From contig CAXWPH010000015.1 of NCBI GenBank assembly GCA_963666055.2, positions 704,001-768,000 of the forward strand: 64,000 bases of DNA, in the 5' to 3' direction. A program made the position numbers and the translations under genes. The notes beneath the pieces are model-generated. The model did no database searches, was not told the origin of the DNA, and saw only the letters and a list, made by a program, of their open reading frames with translations. Shown here one piece after another: positions 58,803 to 64,000 of this stretch. This DNA is from Acidobacteriota bacterium. GTDB lineage: Bacteria > Acidobacteriota > UBA890 > WLXD01. How positions within the stretch are numbered: position 1 is the stretch's first letter; each line of letters opens with the position of its first letter.

Positions 58803-60194
58803 ATGTCGATCTCGCGCCGAGCACCAGCGGCCGCCGTAGCTCTTGCCATCGCGCTTACACTGCCGCTTGCGGTCTCCGGATCGCCACAGAACGAAGATTT
58901 CTTCGACAGCAGCTTCGACGGAGCATGGGCGGGCAGCATCAAGGTCGGCAGCGAGCGTGTGCTCGTGCAGCTAAACCTCAATATCGGCGGCAGCGCCGTC
59001 GGATTCGCCGTCATACAGAACAATCTCGGCTCGACGCCGAGCGGGGTCGACGTGCTGGTTGCCGATTTCACCAAGGTGAGCAACAAGAGCATCCAGTTCC
59101 GCCTCGACGATGCCACGCCGCTGCGCCGGCGCCGCGACACGACGACGTTCAAGCTCAGCCCCAAATCCGGGACGTTGAAGGGCACCGCTTCCGGCAAGGT
59201 GAAAGGCGCCGTCGTGCTCGTGCCCGTGAGCCCCGATCTTCCTCTCCAGAAACTCTGGGCAGGCTCGGTGAAGGTGAACGGCAAGACGATTTTCCTGTTG
59301 CTCCAGCTCACCGACAACGGCGACGGCACCGTGGGTGGGCACGCGGTGGTCGACGGCGAGACAGGCGACGTGGTTGCCACAGCCGACCGTCCCGGTGGTC
59401 GTCGCGCCGGCGTCAGCGGCACCATCAAGCTGAGTTCTGGCGACCTCGGTATCGATCTATCGTTGCAGAAGGGCAACAACCAGCTGGGCGGCAAGATCAT
59501 CGCCGGCGGCAAGCGCGTCAAGGCCAAGCTGAAGCCTGCGGGCAGCAAGGGTAAGCCGATGAAAATTACGGGCACGCAGCGTGCCGCGCTTCGCAACTTA
59601 GCCGCCGGGCAAGCGAACACGATCACGGTGCGCGGCAAGAACTTCGTGGCGGGAGCCAACGTCCACGTCGATAACGGAGCATTCTCGGTTGACAGCGTCG
59701 AGTTCAAATCGGCCAAGCAGCTCGAGGTGGTGATCACACCAGCCGCCTCGGTAGCCAACGGAACCTCGGCGGGCGTGCTCGTGGTCAACGCCGACGGCCA
59801 AACCGGCGAACGCGCCAACGCGCTGACGGTCACGAGCGACGACGGGGGAGGTGGCACCACCGTGAGCTTTGCAGCCGACATTCAACCGATCTTCGACCAG
59901 AGCTGCGCCCTCGCCGGCTGCCACTCCGCCGCTACCGCTAGCGCCGGGTTGGTGCTCGCTGCCGGGTCGGCGTTCGATAACCTCGTCGGCGCACCAAGTA
60001 GCCAACAGCCGGCGACGAGTGGGGTGGCGAGCGGCGACCCCGACAACAGCTACCTCGTACGCAAGATCGAGGGCACCGCCGGAATCAGCGGCGGCCGAAT
60101 GCCGCTGAACCGCAGTCCGTTATCGGCGGTGCAGATCGCCAGCATCCGTGCCTGGATCACCGAGGGGGCTCAAAACAACCGGCGACCCCAGTAG
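58803..60194 (+). CDS. Secreted multidomain protein: beta-rich repeats, IPT/TIG-like domain, C-terminal c-type-cytochrome-like domain
   Basis: Signal peptide; two xWAGSxKV beta units; ITVRGKNF...VVNADG; VSFAADIQPIFDQSCALAGCH...GDPDNSYLVRKI...MP...IRAWITEGA. Confidence 0.75.
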   Translation: MSISRRAPAAAVALAIALTLPLAVSGSPQNEDFFDSSFDGAWAGSIKVGSERVLVQLNLNIGGSAVGFAVIQNNLGSTPSGVDVLVADFTKVSNKSIQFRLDDATPLRRRRDTTTFKLSPKSGTLKGTASGKVKGAVVLVPVSPDLPLQKLWAGSVKVNGKTIFLLLQLTDNGDGTVGGHAVVDGETGDVVATADRPGGRRAGVSGTIKLSSGDLGIDLSLQKGNNQLGGKIIAGGKRVKAKLKPAGSKGKPMKITGTQRAALRNLAAGQANTITVRGKNFVAGANVHVDNGAFSVDSVEFKSAKQLEVVITPAASVANGTSAGVLVVNADGQTGERANALTVTSDDGGGGTTVSFAADIQPIFDQSCALAGCHSAATASAGLVLAAGSAFDNLVGAPSSQQPATSGVASGDPDNSYLVRKIEGTAGISGGRMPLNRSPLSAVQIASIRAWITEGAQNNRRPQ

Positions 60195-60247
60195 TCACGA
60201 CGCGCCGGTCACCACCGCTACCTGATCTCGCAGTCGTGCCATATCGG

Positions 60248-61129
60248 TCACCGCGACGGGTCGAGGGCGGCGCGTTTCATGATGCGCTTTTGGTCACGTG
60301 AGAGAGCGAAGTCGAAACCAATCAGCGCGCCGTCCCATGCCCCGTACTGCGGATTCGGCAGAACGATCCACCGGCTGCCCCAGTACTCGGCATGCTGCCG
60401 CACCATTTCCTTGCGCTTCGATGCGGCAACGTCGTCGCCGGAGACGAAGTCTCCGAGGGCATCGCCGATGAGCAACAGGATGCGATATTCGCGCGCTACT
60501 TCCTGGCGCCTCGTCCCCTTGTCCGAGCCCCAGTCGCCGCGCTCGTCGCGCGTGAGAATCGTGTCGACCTCGGGATCGAGGGGGAAACCGTGGCGGGCGA
60601 GGTTGTTGCGCGTCGCGTCCTCCACCTGGTGGCGCCGGTTGGTGACGTAAAACACTCGTACGCCGCGCTCAGCCGCGGCGCGAGTGAATTCCAGCGCGCC
60701 GGGAATCACCCCCGCCTTCTCCTCGCGGACCCATTCCTGCCAGCCGGGCGTGGCGAAGTCGCGATCGTCCAGTAGCTGGCGGACCTGACTGGGAGAGTTG
60801 TCGAGCACCGTCTCGTCGACATCGAGTATCAGCGCGGGCGGCAGTGCCTCGTAGGCTCCCGTAGCCACCTGCTCGAGGGAGGCGGTCCACGAAACGTCCT
60901 CGAGGGCGCGACCGAGCATCAGCGCCGCGATGGCGTATGCCTGGCGTGTCGTCGCCTCGTACTCACCGGCGGTCTGCACCCAGGCAACGGCGTTGAGGTT
61001 TTCCTCCGTGTAGCTGAACATCGAGCCCGACTGTGCAGTTGGATCCGGGGCACGGATCACTATGAGTCCCAGCGCTGTACCGATCATCACCAGCAGCACC
61101 GCGACCAGCGCGGGAACAATGCGGTTCAT
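60248..61129 (-). CDS. Class C acid phosphatase / 5'-nucleotidase e(P4) family (HAD)
   Basis: WVQTAGEY, LDVDETVLDNS, FYVTNR, IGDALGDF, LPNPQYGAW. Confidence 0.93.
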   Translation of the reverse strand: MNRIVPALVAVLLVMIGTALGLIVIRAPDPTAQSGSMFSYTEENLNAVAWVQTAGEYEATTRQAYAIAALMLGRALEDVSWTASLEQVATGAYEALPPALILDVDETVLDNSPSQVRQLLDDRDFATPGWQEWVREEKAGVIPGALEFTRAAAERGVRVFYVTNRRHQVEDATRNNLARHGFPLDPEVDTILTRDERGDWGSDKGTRRQEVAREYRILLLIGDALGDFVSGDDVAASKRKEMVRQHAEYWGSRWIVLPNPQYGAWDGALIGFDFALSRDQKRIMKRAALDPSR

Positions 61130-61303
61130 CTCTGTCTCCTGCCGTCCGCGGGCGCTCGCCACCTGCGGGTGGGGATCGGCGGCGGGCCATTGTGTGGGCG
61201 CCCGGCTGGTTCACTCGTCGGCGTCCCAGGTGCCACAATTAAGGTCGTCTGACCTCGGCTCGGCGTCTTGGTCAGCCACCGCGTCCCAGCATAAAGGAAC
61301 CTT

Positions 61304-62644
61304 ATGCGGATCGTGATCACCGGCGACGGTGAGATCGCCTATCAGCTGGCCCAGGCGCTGCACCAGCAGCACGACGTCGTGATCATCGAGAACGACCCGC
61401 GAGAGGCGGATCAGTTCGGCTCGCTCGACGTCCAGCTTCTGCGCGGCGACGCCACCCACCCGGAGATTCTGCGAGAGGCCGGCGTGAGCTCGAGCGACAG
61501 CTTCATCTCCTGTCGTGCATCCGACGAGCTCAACATCATCGCCTGCTTGACAGCCAAGCGGATCGGCTGCGCCCACACGACCTGCTTTGTTTCGAAAGAG
61601 GACTACGTGCGGTCGTTCGCCGGTATCCCCGAGGGCGATGACGCGTTGGCCATCGATCGGATCATCTGGCCGCAGTACATGCTCGCGGAGGAGATCACAC
61701 GCATCGTGCTGGTACCACGGGCCATCGATGTGGAGATCTTCGCCGGCGGCAGAATCTGGCTCATGGAGTTCAAGCTGCGTGAGGACTCGCCCCTGATCGG
61801 GCCATTGCAGCTGCTCAAGCTACCGCTTGGCGTTCTCGCCGTCGCGGTACGTAAGGGCGAGGAGCTGTCTATCCCGTCCGGCAAGACCGAGCTCGAGGCC
61901 GGTGACCGGGTAGCGTTCATGGGGAACCGTGGCGGCCTGCGTCAGCTGCAGGAGCGTTTCATACGAGGGTCCGCGGGTTCGGTCGAGCCACGCGATCGTG
62001 CCGTGATCATCGTCGGCGGCGGCACCGTCGGGCTGACGCTGGCAAAGCGCTTGGAGAGGGAGAAAGACATCCGCCTCAAGATCATCGAACGGGATCGGGA
62101 GCGTTGCCAACACCTCGCCGCTGAGCTACCACGAGCGCTGGTGCTGCGCGGCGATGGCACCGACCTGGCGCTACTCGAGGCAGAACAGGTCGACCAAGCG
62201 AGCGTGCTGGTATCGGTCACCAGCAACGACCAAAGCAATCTGTTGTGCTCGCTGCTCGCCAGCCAGATGCAAGTGCCGAAGATCATCACGCGGGTCAACC
62301 GCAAGCGGAACATCCGGCTTTTCGAGCGCGTCGGCATCGACGTGCCGCTCAACCCGATGGTCACGGCGATCAACGTCGTGTTGAACTCACTCCAAGAGAC
62401 CGGCGTGCAGTTGCTCGCTAGCGTCGAGGGTGGCCAGGCGGCCGTCATCGAGATAAACGTATCCGATGACTTCGAACGTACGCGGGTTCGCGAGCTGCCT
62501 CGGGTTGATGGGACGATCATCGTGGCGGTCACCCGATCCGATCGCACCACGGTCCCGCACGGCGACGACATGATCGAGCCGGGCGATCGGCTGCTCGTCT
62601 TCTCCACGGAAACGGCGCGCGAGAAGCTCCGCAAGCTTTTCTGA
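61304..62644 (+). CDS. trkA: Trk potassium uptake NAD-binding subunit
   Basis: Two RCK N/C pairs: IVITGDGEIA, GDATHPEIL, VGGGTVG, GDGTD, PGDRLLVF. Confidence 0.93.
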   Translation: MRIVITGDGEIAYQLAQALHQQHDVVIIENDPREADQFGSLDVQLLRGDATHPEILREAGVSSSDSFISCRASDELNIIACLTAKRIGCAHTTCFVSKEDYVRSFAGIPEGDDALAIDRIIWPQYMLAEEITRIVLVPRAIDVEIFAGGRIWLMEFKLREDSPLIGPLQLLKLPLGVLAVAVRKGEELSIPSGKTELEAGDRVAFMGNRGGLRQLQERFIRGSAGSVEPRDRAVIIVGGGTVGLTLAKRLEREKDIRLKIIERDRERCQHLAAELPRALVLRGDGTDLALLEAEQVDQASVLVSVTSNDQSNLLCSLLASQMQVPKIITRVNRKRNIRLFERVGIDVPLNPMVTAINVVLNSLQETGVQLLASVEGGQAAVIEINVSDDFERTRVRELPRVDGTIIVAVTRSDRTTVPHGDDMIEPGDRLLVFSTETAREKLRKLF

Positions 62645-62647
62645 TCG

Positions 62648-64000
62648 ATGCGACTTCGACTCGTCGCCCACGTCGACGGCCTGTTGCTGCGGGCCTTCGG
62701 CGTTTTCCTGTTGGTGCCCATGGTGGTCGATTGGGGCTATGGCAACTGGGCCTCTTCGATCGGGTTCTTGATCGCCGCGCTCAGCGCCGCGGTGTTCGGC
62801 GAGCTGGCCAAACGGATGTCCCCAAAGGGTGAGGACCTGCACCGGGTCGAGGGGATCATGGTGGTGGCTTCAGCATGGTTGGTGGTGTCGTTCTTCAGTG
62901 CCATTCCCTATCTGTGGAACGGCTTGAGCGTGATCGACTCGCTATTCGAATCGATGTCGGGGCTAACCACCACCGGTGCCACCATCTTCACCGACTTCTC
63001 GCGCTACGGTGAAGGCCTGTACCTGTGGCGCAGCATGACCCAGTGGTTCGGCGGAATGGGCGTCATAGCATTGTTCATCGCGGTGCTGCCGCGATTGGCG
63101 ATCGCCGGTCGGCAAATGTTCTTCGCCGAGGCGCCCGGCCCACATGAGGAGCGCCTGACACCTCGTATTCGCCACACGGCGATCGCGTTGTGGTCGCTCT
63201 ACGTCGGCCTGACGATCATCCAGGTGATCGCCTTGCTCGCGGTGGGGATGCCGGTCTTCGACGCCGTCTGCAACTCGCTGACCACCGTCGCCGCCGGCGG
63301 CTTCTCACCCCACCCGCAGAGCATCGGCGGCTACGCCAACCCGGCGGCCGAGTGGGTCTTCGTGCTCTTCATCTTCCTGGCCGGCGCCAACTACTCACTG
63401 CAGTACCGTGCCATTCGAGGTCGACCACTCGATTTGTTTCGCGATGAGGAGTTTCGCGTCTACACGCTGCTGGTCATCGTCGCCACGCTGCTTCTGACCT
63501 ACGTGCTACTACCGTTCAGCCGCGACCCGAGTACGGAGTACCTCGCTGCCAGCACCAGCCTCGGGGTCCTGGCCGAGGCACCGCCGCTTACCGTGGTGAG
63601 ACACGCGGCCTTTCAGGTGCTGACGATCGTTACGACAGCGGGGTTCGCCACCGACGACTTCAACCTGTGGAACGACCAGGCGCGCGTCGTGTTGCTGATT
63701 CTGATGTTTGTGGGCGGCTCGGCTGGCTCCGCTGCCGGCGGTCCCAAAGTGGTACGCATATTGCTCATCTTCAAGTACGCTGCCGCCGAGTTGGTTCGCG
63801 TGATACACCCGCAAGCAGTGAATCCAGTGCGATTCAACCGCCGGGTCGTGCCTACGAAAGTGCTCGGCGCGATCGTCACCGTTCTGCTGCTCTACATCCT
63901 GGTGTTCATTATCAGCGTGCTGTTGGTAACGGTGTTCGGCGCCGATATTCTCACCGCGATCACCGCCTCGATCGCCACGCTCGGCAATATCGGCCCAGGA
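62648..64000 (+). CDS. trkH: Trk potassium uptake membrane subunit (3' truncated; absent from ORF track)
   Basis: ATG 62648; FESMSGLTTTGAT, WRSMTQWFGGMG, AAGGFS, TTAGF, FVGGSAGSAAGGPK, ATLGNIGPG at the window edge. Confidence 0.95.
   Translation, partial: MRLRLVAHVDGLLLRAFGVFLLVPMVVDWGYGNWASSIGFLIAALSAAVFGELAKRMSPKGEDLHRVEGIMVVASAWLVVSFFSAIPYLWNGLSVIDSLFESMSGLTTTGATIFTDFSRYGEGLYLWRSMTQWFGGMGVIALFIAVLPRLAIAGRQMFFAEAPGPHEERLTPRIRHTAIALWSLYVGLTIIQVIALLAVGMPVFDAVCNSLTTVAAGGFSPHPQSIGGYANPAAEWVFVLFIFLAGANYSLQYRAIRGRPLDLFRDEEFRVYTLLVIVATLLLTYVLLPFSRDPSTEYLAASTSLGVLAEAPPLTVVRHAAFQVLTIVTTAGFATDDFNLWNDQARVVLLILMFVGGSAGSAAGGPKVVRILLIFKYAAAELVRVIHPQAVNPVRFNRRVVPTKVLGAIVTVLLLYILVFIISVLLVTVFGADILTAITASIATLGNIGPG

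Noticed and set aside
1-64000. Numerous long overlapping or antisense ORFs in the track (e.g. 23336-24907, 31604-33124, 16718-17917, 58709-59881)
   Set aside because: Arg/Gly/Ala/Pro-rich shadow frames of well-supported genes, expected in high-GC DNA.
1-64000. CRISPR array, tRNA, rRNA, riboswitch, autonomous transposase or integrase
   Set aside because: No regularly spaced repeats or recognisable RNA/transposase signatures seen by eye; a covariance-model scan was not possible.

Overview
High-GC, gene-dense bacterial chromosomal window. Gene content suggests an environmental Acidobacteriota/Gemmatimonadota-like lineage; this is inference. No rRNA, tRNA, CRISPR array, prophage or autonomous transposase was recognised. 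Core content: solute symporters, a frameshifted two-component system, a K+ channel with a cNMP-binding partner, cold-shock protein, ECF sigma with a double-zinc-finger anti-sigma, a Tat-exported PaoABC-like molybdo-flavoenzyme with a cytochrome b subunit, a split corrinoid methyltransferase module with a non-pyrrolysine MttB, peptidases, DEAD helicase, desaturase, GreB, E. coli-type frdABCD, PruA, a radical SAM protein and TrkAH. Features the ORF track misses: (1) two probable exported/membrane selenoproteins with in-frame UGA in UxxC motifs and SECIS-like hairpins; (2) three copies plus remnants of a 257-271 bp CTAG-flanked MITE that folds almost completely and is built from two inverted ERIC-like arms; (3) a cytochrome c::DUF5777 beta-barrel fusion next to a secreted CX4CH protein, a candidate Cyc2-analogous conduit; (4) several 'hollowed-out' genes that keep only their ends, and a succinate-dehydrogenase anchor stub in front of frdABCD; (5) two genes with single in-frame TAG codons. 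All family assignments come from motif recognition by eye, not database searches.
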